A DNA stretch of 64,000 nt, from assembly GCA_963761305.1 (NCBI GenBank), contig CAVXGK010000001.1, positions 704,001-768,000 on the forward strand, written 5' to 3'. The DNA comes from an uncultured Gemmatimonadaceae bacterium (GTDB lineage: Bacteria > Gemmatimonadota > Gemmatimonadetes > Gemmatimonadales > Gemmatimonadaceae). The notes under the pieces are model-generated. The model saw only the letters and a list, made by a program, of their open reading frames with translations. It was not told the DNA's origin and made no database searches. The translations under genes and the position numbers were made by a program. Each line of letters starts with the position of its first letter. Position 1 is the stretch's first letter. This document shows positions 40,115 to 49,207 of the stretch, in pieces.

Positions 40115-41007
40115 GCCACGTCGACGAACGTTTGTGCCGTGCGGTTGAACAAACGAAGTCCCGACCACAGGGCGGCGAGTGTGAGGCCGACCGACCATGC
40201 CCCGGCGCCCCATGATATCGTGCCAATGCCGATGAGGCACAGTCGCGCGGCTTCGATGACGAACGTCGCGGGGTTCACGGAGATTAGGAGCCGGTACTTG
40301 CCGGACATTTGCGACAGCGGGTACATCACGGCCGACCCGTACATCCAGACCTGTACGATGAGCGCCGACACCTGCTGCAGGTCACGGTACTTCGCGGTCA
40401 GCGCTGCCATCCACAGCCCGAAGCCGAGCGCCATGGCTGCGAGGTGTACCACGACGAGTGGAAAAAGAAGGAGCGTCCACGAGATGTGGAGGTTTTCGCC
40501 CCCGGCCGACCGATAGTGTGCCCACACCACGGTCACAGCAAGGAGCGAGAGCTGAATGCCGAGCGTGATGAGGTTCGAGATCAGCGACGAAATCGGCGCG
40601 AGCAGTCTCGGAAAATAGACTTTGCTGAAAAGCCCCAGGTTGTTGAGAAGGGTATTGGACACCGACGAGAAGTTCGTCGCGAAGTACCCCCAGGAGACCT
40701 GATTGCAAAGAAAGAACACGAACGCGGGCACACCCTCGGTGGACATGCCGGCCACGTGCCCGAAGATCAGCGTGAATACGAGCGCCGGCAGCAGCGGCTG
40801 CACCAGGAACCAGACCGGCCCCAGAATGGTCTGCTTGTACTTTGTCGCGAAGTCGCGCCACACGAACATCGACAGCAGGTCGCGGTGGCGTCGCAGCTCC
40901 TCGAAGTTGACAAGGGCGACCGCGTTGCCAGCCCGAATGCGCGTTTCGATCGCTGGCGGCGCCGCCGGGCGATCCTCCCTCTCATCGGGGCTCATCACTG
41001 CCGCCAT
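40111..41007 (-). CDS. wzm: polysaccharide ABC exporter permease
   Basis: RDFATKYKQTILGPVWFLVQPL, SKVYFPRL, KYRD, VMYPLS, NP; ATGA overlap with wzt. Confidence 0.92.
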   Translation of the reverse strand: MAAVMSPDEREDRPAAPPAIETRIRAGNAVALVNFEELRRHRDLLSMFVWRDFATKYKQTILGPVWFLVQPLLPALVFTLIFGHVAGMSTEGVPAFVFFLCNQVSWGYFATNFSSVSNTLLNNLGLFSKVYFPRLLAPISSLISNLITLGIQLSLLAVTVVWAHYRSAGGENLHISWTLLLFPLVVVHLAAMALGFGLWMAALTAKYRDLQQVSALIVQVWMYGSAVMYPLSQMSGKYRLLISVNPATFVIEAARLCLIGIGTISWGAGAWSVGLTLAALWSGLRLFNRTAQTFVDVA

Positions 41008-41510
41008 TCTGCGTTCAACCCCTCGGGTGGCTAGCGGTTGCATCCAGGAAAGTATCGGCTCGTCCGAGGACGATCCGGCGGTGAAAACCGGTCGGGATGC
41101 ACGACAATCTAGTCCGGACGCTGCGGCCGTTCGTCCGCGCAAGGACCGTTCGGTCTCCGCGGGCTAACATCAACTCGTTCAAGGCAGTTCGATCAATCGG
41201 AGATACTCGTGCGTCGGTCGGATGGGAGCACCGGCCCTCGCGGGACCTGGGCGTGATCTTCGTTGGTGGTGAACGACCTCGCCCCGGAAGGCAGGAGTGG
41301 TGCCAACGAGCCGGACAATCCTTACCGCTGACTTACCGCAACACATTGTGGTGCCGACGCGTCGCCCGGAATGCGCCTTTGTTGCTCCCATGCATCGACC
41401 GGCCTGTGACCAAGCGGGCTGCGATTGCTAAGTCCATGATCTGAAAGGGCATCAGTGAGCCTAGTGTAACGGATTGGATAAACTCCGGAAGGGCTCGGAG
41501 GCGCCGGAAG

Positions 41511-41525
41511 TGGCACAGTTGTGGC
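41511..41525 (+). promoter_or_regulatory. possible sigma-54 (-24/-12) promoter
   Basis: TGGCAC-AGTTG-TGGC has correct GG-N10-GC spacing, 65 bp upstream of ATG 41591; one mismatch to TTGC. Confidence 0.3.
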
Positions 41526-41590
41526 TGTCCGACGGGCGTTCTCGGATGCCGAGTGACGTACCACACCCGCAATGGGGAGACTGGGTCGCC

Positions 41591-42664
41591 ATGCAAAATC
41601 TCGTGAAGGTCTGTTGTGCCGCAGGAGCGCTGGTAGCGTTGGCAGCGTGTAGTGACAGTGTGCTCACTTCGCCGACGGGTCGCGTTCCAACGGCGGTGCG
41701 CAGTTCGTCGGTGACGCCGACCACGCAGACCGTCTGCAGTGATGGAAGCATCAAGGTCGATCACGGCCAGACGCTGCCCGGAGGCGGACTGGCGTCGGTT
41801 AAGACGTTTACGTCGGTCCTGGCGCAGCCGAATACGCAGAACCCCGACTGGCATGCACCGATCACGTTGAACGCCGGAACCTCGAATTGGATCACCGTAA
41901 ACGATCCGGCGTTCTCCGCGACGAACGCGCCGGATAACGAGCTGACGCATTACCAGGCGACCTTCTCCGTGCCGGCCAACAACACGGGCGCGCTCGACGG
42001 CTCCTCCTTCGCGGACAACCAGATGACGGCGATCCTGATCAACAACACGGGAACGTCGCTCGGCGCCAATACGAGCCTCAACGACCCAACGAACTATGAG
42101 ACGGCGGCGAACGGCGGCGTTGCGCTGACGTATTCGAAGACGGGCATCGCCCCCGGCAATTACACCCTCGACTTCTACGTCGCGAACAACGACCACGTGA
42201 CGGGGACCAACCCGACGGGCATCGACTTCTGCTTCGAAGTCGTGAACACACCGAACCCGCCGCCGCCGGTCGTCGCCCAGTTCGTGATCGGCGACGTGGA
42301 GCCGCATGCTATCGGCGACGTCGTCAACTTCTGGGGGGCGCAGTGGTGGAAGCCGGCGAACAATCAGTTCAGCGGCACCGTCGACCCCGGCTATGCTTCG
42401 ATGAAGGGCTTCGCCGACATCTCTGGCAACGACTGCGGCCTGACTTGGCAGACGTTGCCCGGCAATAGCTCGAAGCCACCGGCTCCGCCCCTCCCCGCCG
42501 ACATTGCGGTCATCGTGACGAGCACCGTCGGGAAGACCGGCAATAACCTGAGTGGCAACATCGTTGAGATCGTGATAGTCCACCAGGACGGCAACTACAA
42601 GAACGATCCTGGACACGCTGGACACGGGACCGTAACCTCGGTCGTTTGCTCCTCAGTGATTTGA
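41591..42664 (+). CDS. hypothetical two-domain beta-rich lipoprotein
   Basis: GGGGAGA RBS; lipobox LVALAAC; Asn/Thr/Gly-rich N-domain, PNPPPP linker, C-domain FVIGD..FWGAQWW..PGHAGHGTV..C. Confidence 0.75.
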   Translation: MQNLVKVCCAAGALVALAACSDSVLTSPTGRVPTAVRSSSVTPTTQTVCSDGSIKVDHGQTLPGGGLASVKTFTSVLAQPNTQNPDWHAPITLNAGTSNWITVNDPAFSATNAPDNELTHYQATFSVPANNTGALDGSSFADNQMTAILINNTGTSLGANTSLNDPTNYETAANGGVALTYSKTGIAPGNYTLDFYVANNDHVTGTNPTGIDFCFEVVNTPNPPPPVVAQFVIGDVEPHAIGDVVNFWGAQWWKPANNQFSGTVDPGYASMKGFADISGNDCGLTWQTLPGNSSKPPAPPLPADIAVIVTSTVGKTGNNLSGNIVEIVIVHQDGNYKNDPGHAGHGTVTSVVCSSVI

Positions 42665-42705
42665 GGCGGGCCCCGGCAGTGATTTGAACCGACGCACGAT
42701 AGAAC

Positions 42706-42750
42706 GAGAGGCAGGGAGCGACCGAGGTCGCTCCCTGCCTCTCCCTTTTC
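42706..42750 (+). terminator. rho-independent terminator
   Basis: Inverted repeat GAGAGGCAGGGAGCGACC/GGTCGCTCCCTGCCTCTC followed by CCTTTT. Confidence 0.8.
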
Positions 42751-42855
42751 CGTCACCGGCATAGATTTGCCGTCGTCTCACGCGCGCCGCGGCTTCCCCG
42801 TCCGCGTATCCTTTCCCGCAACGCAACACTCCGGTCGTCTTCTCGCCTCCTTCCC

Positions 42856-43743
42856 ATGCGTGTGCTGATCCTGGGCGCGTCCGGGATGCTCGGCCACAAG
42901 CTCTATCAGACGTGCTCGAAGCGCTTCACGACCGTCGCGACCGCGCGCTCATCGGCGGCGCTCGTCGAGGCGCTGGACGTCGACGGCCGCGTGATCGAAG
43001 CGATCGACGCGGCCGACCTCTCACGCGTCGAACACGCGCTAGCCGAAGTCCGGCCGGATGCCGTGATCAACTGCATCGGCATCGTGAAGCAGGACGCCGC
43101 CGCCAAGGATCCGGTGGCGTCGATCGGCGTGAACTCGCTGTTCCCTCACCTGCTGGCCCGCGCGTGCGCCGCGGTCGGCGCGCGGCTCATTCATCTCAGC
43201 ACGGACTGCGTCTTCTCGGGTCGAGCGGGGCACTACACGGAGTCGGATTTCCCGGACGCCGACGACCTGTACGGGCGCAGCAAGCTGCTCGGCGAAGTCA
43301 CCGGACCGGGTTGCCTCACGATTCGCACGTCGATGATCGGACGAGAGCTCTCCGGCCAGCACGGGCTGCTCGAATGGTTTCTGGCGCAAGACGGCGGTCG
43401 CGTTCGCGGCTTCCGCCGTGCGATTTTCAGCGGGTTCACGACCGCCGCACTGGCCGAGCTGCTCTGCGGCGTTGTCGCCGAGCACCAGAACCTGAGCGGC
43501 CTGTGGCACGTGGCGGCGGACCCGATCAGCAAGTGCGATCTGCTGCGGCTCATTCGACACGCGTACCGCGTCTCGGTCGAGATCGACCCGGACGATGCCG
43601 TGGTTTGCGACCGCAGCCTCGATGGGTCGCGGTTCCGTCAGGCGACGGGATTCCTGGCGCCGTCGTGGGAAACGATGATCCGGTCCATGGCCGCTGACCC
43701 AACACCCTACGCCGAGCTTCGGAGAATTCGTGCTACGCGATAA
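42856..43743 (+). CDS. RmlD-like NAD(P)-dependent 4-keto-sugar reductase (SDR)
   Basis: GASGMLG, HLSTDCVFSG, YGRSK, RTSMIG. Confidence 0.88.
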   Translation: MRVLILGASGMLGHKLYQTCSKRFTTVATARSSAALVEALDVDGRVIEAIDAADLSRVEHALAEVRPDAVINCIGIVKQDAAAKDPVASIGVNSLFPHLLARACAAVGARLIHLSTDCVFSGRAGHYTESDFPDADDLYGRSKLLGEVTGPGCLTIRTSMIGRELSGQHGLLEWFLAQDGGRVRGFRRAIFSGFTTAALAELLCGVVAEHQNLSGLWHVAADPISKCDLLRLIRHAYRVSVEIDPDDAVVCDRSLDGSRFRQATGFLAPSWETMIRSMAADPTPYAELRRIRATR

Positions 43744-44791
43744 ACACGTCGTCGTCACTGGCGGAACCGGTTCGCTCGGCAAGGTGCTGATCAAGCGCCT
43801 GATGACCGGCGAAATCGGACATCCCCGGCTGATCACGGTGTTCTCCCGCGACGAGGCGAAGCAGCACCACATGCGCCTGGAATTCCAACGACTTCACGCC
43901 GCGACGACCGAGGATATCACGTTTCGAAGCTTCGAGCAGCTGCTCCAATTCCGAATCGGCGACGTGCGCGACGTACACAGTGTCTCCGCGGTGCTGCGCG
44001 ACGCCGACATCGTGTTCAACGCCGCCGCCCTGAAGCAGGTCCCCTCATGCGAGTATTTCCCCTACGAGGCCGTCGAGACCAACATTCTTGGCGCGCAGAA
44101 CATCGCGCGGGCGATCCGCGAGCATCGATTGCCGGTCGTGACGGTCGTCGGGATCTCGACCGACAAGGCGTGCAAGCCGGTGAATGTGATGGGCATGACG
44201 AAAGCGATTCAGGAGCGCGTGTTCATCCGCGCGAACCTCGACAACGTCGACACGCGATTCATCTGCGTGCGGTATGGGAACGTGCTGGCGTCGCGAGGCT
44301 CGGTAATTCCTCTCTTCCACGAGCAGATCAGGCACGGGGGTCCCGTCACGATCACGACCGCGGACATGACGCGCTTTCTTCTCACGCTCGATCAGGCGGT
44401 CGACACGATCTTCGACGCGCTGCGCACCGCGAGACGAGGCGAGACCTACGTGCCGCGGGTCGCGTCGGCGCGCGTGATCGACGTCGCCGCCGCGTTGATC
44501 GGCGATCGCGAGGTGAAGACGGTCGTCACCGGAATCCGCCCCGGCGAGAAGGTCCACGAGTCCCTGGTCTCCGAGGAGGAGGGATATCGTACCTACGAGC
44601 GCGGAACGTACTATGCCATTCAGCCGATGTTGCCCGAGCTGATGTCCGACCACTCCGGCGCGGCGCCGTTGGGACGCGAGTTCAGCTCTGCCGACAACGT
44701 CATGTCGCGCGGCGACGTGGACCAGCTTCTTCAGGCGAACCGGCTGATGATCGACGACGTGCGTGACGCGAACAGCGAGATGCTCGCCTGA
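43730..44791 (+). CDS. UDP-GlcNAc 4,6-dehydratase (FnlA/CapE/PseB-like)
   Basis: TGGTGSLG, FSRDEAKQ, AALKQVPSCE, STDKAC.P.NVMGMTK, RYGNVLASRGSVIPLF, MTRF, IRPGEK.HE. Confidence 0.9.
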   Translation: MLRDKHVVVTGGTGSLGKVLIKRLMTGEIGHPRLITVFSRDEAKQHHMRLEFQRLHAATTEDITFRSFEQLLQFRIGDVRDVHSVSAVLRDADIVFNAAALKQVPSCEYFPYEAVETNILGAQNIARAIREHRLPVVTVVGISTDKACKPVNVMGMTKAIQERVFIRANLDNVDTRFICVRYGNVLASRGSVIPLFHEQIRHGGPVTITTADMTRFLLTLDQAVDTIFDALRTARRGETYVPRVASARVIDVAAALIGDREVKTVVTGIRPGEKVHESLVSEEEGYRTYERGTYYAIQPMLPELMSDHSGAAPLGREFSSADNVMSRGDVDQLLQANRLMIDDVRDANSEMLA

Positions 44792-44800
44792 CGCTCGCTG

Positions 44801-45718
44801 TCAGACGGCGCCGACGCGGCGCGCCACCCGCTTCAACCCTCGAGCGACCGACGAGCCCGCGTTCCCGACGAACCGGTAGATCGCCGCAGTGGCCGGGTGG
44901 TACCGTCGGATGTACGCCGCGTGCATCGTGGCGTTGCCCGAGATGAGCGCCGCGATGACCGCCGGCGTCATCGGGATGCGGAGTCGCCCCACGACGTCGC
45001 GAGTGAATGGAAACAGGGGGAAAAAACGATCGACGGCGCCGCGCGCGTCGCGGCGCACGTACTCGATGTATCGCGCCGGTTCCGTGTAGTCGCGCCAAAG
45101 CAGAACCTCTGGCACCTCGACGTGCATTCCTTCGCGGAGCGTCCCGACACTCGTCGACCAGTCGAACGCGAAAAACGCCCGCTGCGGAAACGCCCGCTGC
45201 GCGACCTCGGTGCGGAGCACGCCGCACATGCGGCTGTTGTCGTGCGGACGCGCGATGAAGCGCGCGATGTTGGTCGGCGGATCGGCCGTCAGCGGGAACG
45301 TGCCGGCCGCTTGCTTGACGAACTCGTCTCCGTGCATGAACGCGACGCGCGAGACCGCGCACACCGCGTTCGGATTGGCGTCGAGGGCCTCGATCATTCG
45401 TCGCGCGTAGTCGGGGTGCCACCAATCGTCCCCCGCCGCGAACATGAACAACGGCGTCCGGGCTTCCTGTAAGAGAAACTGGAAGTTGCCGTAGTTCAGA
45501 TTCCGCGGCTGCCTGACGACCGTCACGCGCTCATCGCGCGCCGCGTACTCGTCGCACACGTCGGCCGTGCCGTCCCGCGAGGCGTCGTCGGAGATGACGA
45601 TCCGGAGATCGCGATACGTCTGTGCGACCAGCGACTCCACCGCGCGGCGAATCGTGCCGACGCAGTTGTAGACAGGCATGCCGATGGTGAGCCGCGGGCC
45701 TTCCCCGGAAATTTGCAT
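44801..45718 (-). CDS. GT2 glycosyltransferase
   Basis: TIGMPVYN, ISDDASRD, FAAGDD. Confidence 0.88.
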   Translation of the reverse strand: MQISGEGPRLTIGMPVYNCVGTIRRAVESLVAQTYRDLRIVISDDASRDGTADVCDEYAARDERVTVVRQPRNLNYGNFQFLLQEARTPLFMFAAGDDWWHPDYARRMIEALDANPNAVCAVSRVAFMHGDEFVKQAAGTFPLTADPPTNIARFIARPHDNSRMCGVLRTEVAQRAFPQRAFFAFDWSTSVGTLREGMHVEVPEVLLWRDYTEPARYIEYVRRDARGAVDRFFPLFPFTRDVVGRLRIPMTPAVIAALISGNATMHAAYIRRYHPATAAIYRFVGNAGSSVARGLKRVARRVGAV

Positions 45719-45926
45719 CGTCGCAGGATGATCCAGTCAGCGGAACCTTGGCGTAGACGGCGTCCCTCGCCCGACGCCCTCTGAGAGACAGGCGGGGCGA
45801 CGAGTAGCCGAGACGACGGTCAGGGTCAAACCGGCGCCTCGAGGAAGCACCGACGGGCGAGAATCTATTCGTTTCAGCACCGAGGTCGGCCTCTCTTCCA
45901 AGTTTGGGGTATTCGGCGCGACGCGG

Positions 45927-47120
45927 TCAGCGTCGGCCGTACGCCCGAATCTGGGCGAACAATCGCACGCGGTCGTCCTGTGATCCCAACGAATGAACTG
46001 GCAAGGTGACAAGCTCGTTCACCAAGCGCGTGGCGCCTGGCCAGTGCAAATCGCCCACCAGGAGCCGCGCGACCTCCGGCAGCTCGCCGAGCGGGAGCGG
46101 ATAGCTGGCCGCGATCCCCAGGCGACGCGCCGAATCCTGATCGCCGAAACCGCGGAGCCCGTGGGGCGCGAGGATCGGGAATCGGAGGAACCCGCTCTCG
46201 AAACGAAAACCAGGTTGCGGCGCGACCGGACGAAGGGCGGGATTCTCGGCGAGCACACTTCGAAGGCCTTCAGCATTCGCGCGTCGCTGCGAAGCCTCAC
46301 GGACCGACTTCTCTCGCGTCGACAGTGCCGCGGCGACCGCGGCGCGGGACATCGATGCGGGCGTGCGAGGCGCGTGATAGACCGTTTCTCCGAGCGAGAG
46401 CCCGGGAATCGCCCGTGGAAGCCCGTAAAGGGCTGGGCGGCCAAGCACCCACTGCGCCGTGAGCGTCGCCGCAATCCCGAGGTTGCGGCTGAAAGGCGCC
46501 GATGACAGCTCCCTTCGCGATCCTTTTCCTTCGCGAAACAGCACGGCGCCGCCGGCACCACCGGTCCAGCCCTTTCCGCGGCCGAAACTGAGAACGCTCA
46601 CGCGACCCAGCGTGCCGAGCGCCCGACCCTGGTACGACGCACCATGCCCCTGCGCCGCGTCCTCGATAATCAGGGCTCCGTGAGCGGCCGCGCGTTGTTC
46701 GATCGCATCCCAATTGACCGGAATCCCGTACAGTGGCGCGGCGACGATGATCCGAGCGCCGGCCCTCAGCACGCGCTCGAGCGACTCCAGGTCGGGAGAC
46801 AGTGTGAGCGGATCGACGTCGTACAATGCAACGGGCCCCTTCGCCCCGACCGCAGCCGACGCGACGTCGAAGCAGCTGAACGAGGGCAACGCGACCGCGG
46901 CGGTGTCTCCGACTTCTCGTCGAGCGCTCTCGATCGCAACTTGGAGCGCCTGTGTGCCGCTCCCGCAGAGCAGAACGTCACCAGCGGCGTACTCGCGGCG
47001 GAGCAGATCCGCGAGCTGTTGTCGCGCATCGCCAGCCAATCCGAGCGTCGCGGCCGCCGCCGACGCGACGGCGCCAACCGCTACAGGCGAGTAGACCGGA
47101 AGCTGGTGTCTCAACCGCAC
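45927..47120 (-). CDS. DegT/DnrJ/EryC1/StrS-family PLP aminotransferase
   Basis: SGTQAL, IIEDAAQG, LSFGRGK (PLP Lys), LVTLP. Confidence 0.82.
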   Translation of the reverse strand: MRLRHQLPVYSPVAVGAVASAAAATLGLAGDARQQLADLLRREYAAGDVLLCGSGTQALQVAIESARREVGDTAAVALPSFSCFDVASAAVGAKGPVALYDVDPLTLSPDLESLERVLRAGARIIVAAPLYGIPVNWDAIEQRAAAHGALIIEDAAQGHGASYQGRALGTLGRVSVLSFGRGKGWTGGAGGAVLFREGKGSRRELSSAPFSRNLGIAATLTAQWVLGRPALYGLPRAIPGLSLGETVYHAPRTPASMSRAAVAAALSTREKSVREASQRRANAEGLRSVLAENPALRPVAPQPGFRFESGFLRFPILAPHGLRGFGDQDSARRLGIAASYPLPLGELPEVARLLVGDLHWPGATRLVNELVTLPVHSLGSQDDRVRLFAQIRAYGRR

Positions 47121-47161
47121 CGCGTACCACTCGCGACGGTTGCGTCCATGGCAGCTCCGCG

Positions 47162-48229
47162 CTACGGGAGATGACGGGACAACAGCGGGCCAAGACTGTT
47201 CGCGACCGGCATCGGCAATCGCCGCCACACTGCCGTCGCAATGCGAAACGCCGGACGATCCGGAGACGGCGTGCTCCCCGCACCCGAAGGAGACCAGGCC
47301 GGCCAAGCGAGCGGCCGGTCTTGTCCGCCCCACTGCAACTTGAAACGATGCGTCGCGCTACCGGGCGTCGAACGGCCGAAGTTGAATACGGTCGAGCCTC
47401 GCCCGATCGCCTGCTCCATCAGATTCGCATACAACAGCATGTTCGGCGAAAGATGGTTCAATTCGCGCACCGACGACGCCCACGTCACCTCGACTTCATC
47501 CTTCCAGGTCAGACAGCAGGCCGCCGCGGCGGGCGCGCCCTGCGCCGTGTACACGGCCGTGAACGACACGTCGTCGCCGAACACGCGGGCGAGCTTCCTG
47601 AAGAACGCGCGCGGGAGAACCGGCGTGCCGAGGTCGCGCATGTTGCGCGAGAACACACGGTAAAACGCGTCGAGCTCGCCCGGTCCGCTGCGCGCGGTCA
47701 TGCCTTCCTTCGTCGGACGGCGAATCTGGCTTCGCAATTTCGCCTTGAACGTCGACGCCCAGAGCGCTTCCACCGTGTCGGGCAGCGCGAGATGCACGGC
47801 GACCTTGCGTTCCGACGACACGACAGGCCCCGGCACCGGATCTCGGGAACGCAACTCGAGCAGCTTCACTCGGCTTCGCCGCGCCTCGGCGACCGCGTGT
47901 TCGACGAGTGCGGCCTTGGCATCGCCGTCGCCGAGCGGGCCACCGTCGTTCATGAACGGAACAGATACGAGATAGTGACCCAGCACGCTCCGCACGCGCA
48001 CCAACGGCAGCACGCCGCGCCACGTGCCGCGATCGTCCACCGCCACCAGTAGCTCGGTCTCGTGACGGAGCACGTCGCGCATGACGTCGCGCCAGCCGGC
48101 GCGATGACACATCGTGCTGTCTCGCCGCGCGGCGACGAACGCGTCCCAGGCCGCCGCATCGTCTGTCGTCACCACTCGCAGGAGACCCGCCCGCGCACCC
48201 ACCGACTGCTCCGACGGAACGGCGCTCAT
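47162..48229 (-). CDS. FemAB-like GNAT protein, XrtA/PEP-CTERM-system type
   Basis: LVSVPFMNDGG, KLRSQIRR, NMRDLGTP, SPNMLLY, FNFGRS, FKLQWG. Confidence 0.88.
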   Translation of the reverse strand: MSAVPSEQSVGARAGLLRVVTTDDAAAWDAFVAARRDSTMCHRAGWRDVMRDVLRHETELLVAVDDRGTWRGVLPLVRVRSVLGHYLVSVPFMNDGGPLGDGDAKAALVEHAVAEARRSRVKLLELRSRDPVPGPVVSSERKVAVHLALPDTVEALWASTFKAKLRSQIRRPTKEGMTARSGPGELDAFYRVFSRNMRDLGTPVLPRAFFRKLARVFGDDVSFTAVYTAQGAPAAAACCLTWKDEVEVTWASSVRELNHLSPNMLLYANLMEQAIGRGSTVFNFGRSTPGSATHRFKLQWGGQDRPLAWPAWSPSGAGSTPSPDRPAFRIATAVWRRLPMPVANSLGPLLSRHLP

Positions 48230-49179
48230 CGCGGAGTCTCCGCGCTGCGCCGTCCTCTGTCCTCGGGCCAAACTGGCGCGCTCGTCGCGGCAGCGCCAAG
48301 CGTCTCGGTGATCGATCCGAACCGGAACGTCGACAACAAACGGCGAAGGCGATCCGGGGCGCGCCGCAGTCCACCGTAGTGGCGGACTCGCGTCGCCGCC
48401 GGCACTGACACGCGGGGCTGCTCGGCGTCGACTTCCCACGGATGGATGTAAAACGTGCCCGGTGCGGCTCGACGCTCGGCGCCGCGGAGCGCCGCGGGAA
48501 CCAAGCGGTACGGAAGAATTCGGAAGTACGCGCCGCCACCCGCGGGAAGCACGCGACCCGCCCACTCGACGGTGGCCGGAGGAAACTCGTGCAGGCTGCC
48601 GCTCGCGCGGCGCAGTATGTGTGGATCGCGCTCGCCGCCGACGAATCCGTAGCCGCGACGCTTCACGGGAAAGAGACTCGAGTCGTAGCGGTAGCCCTCT
48701 TCGATCAACACGTCGAGCGCCCACTCGCGATCGCGGGTGATCGAAAAGCTGGGGGCGCGATATCCGAGCACGGGCTCGTGGGTGATGTCTTCGAGCACGC
48801 GCTTGGAGACGCGAACCGATTCGCGAAACTGCTCCGGCGTCAACTCCGTGACGCGCCGGTGATCCGTGCCATGCGACGCGATCTCGTGGCCGTGCTTCGC
48901 GATCTCGCGCACCAACGCCCGCTGTCGCTCGGCGACCCACGACAGGATGAAGAACGTGCCGCGCGCGTCGTGTTCGGCGAGCAATTCGAGGATGCGCCGA
49001 ACACCCAACGCGACCCGGCTCGGTATGTCGTCCCACTTCGACCGCGCGACGTACGGCTCGAACGCCGAGACCTGGAAGTACTCCTCGACGTCGACCGTGA
49101 AGTGGTGGCGAATCGGCGGGCTCGGTTCCAGGGACAATGGGCGCTCTGGTGGGTTGTCGCGTGCGCGGGCGGGCCGCAC
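48226..49179 (-). CDS. XrtA-system polysaccharide deacetylase (DUF3473)
   Basis: FTVDVEEYFQVSAF, HEIASHG, GYRAPSFSI, YDSS, GGGAYFR, YIHPWE. Confidence 0.9.
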   Translation of the reverse strand: MRPARARDNPPERPLSLEPSPPIRHHFTVDVEEYFQVSAFEPYVARSKWDDIPSRVALGVRRILELLAEHDARGTFFILSWVAERQRALVREIAKHGHEIASHGTDHRRVTELTPEQFRESVRVSKRVLEDITHEPVLGYRAPSFSITRDREWALDVLIEEGYRYDSSLFPVKRRGYGFVGGERDPHILRRASGSLHEFPPATVEWAGRVLPAGGGAYFRILPYRLVPAALRGAERRAAPGTFYIHPWEVDAEQPRVSVPAATRVRHYGGLRRAPDRLRRLLSTFRFGSITETLGAAATSAPVWPEDRGRRSAETPR

Positions 49180-49207
49180 GCAGAGGACAGTTCGCTTTCC
49201 GCGGCCG

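Noticed and set aside
41591..42664. PEP-CTERM sorted protein
   Set aside because: No C-terminal PEP motif, TM helix or basic tail; it has a lipobox instead.
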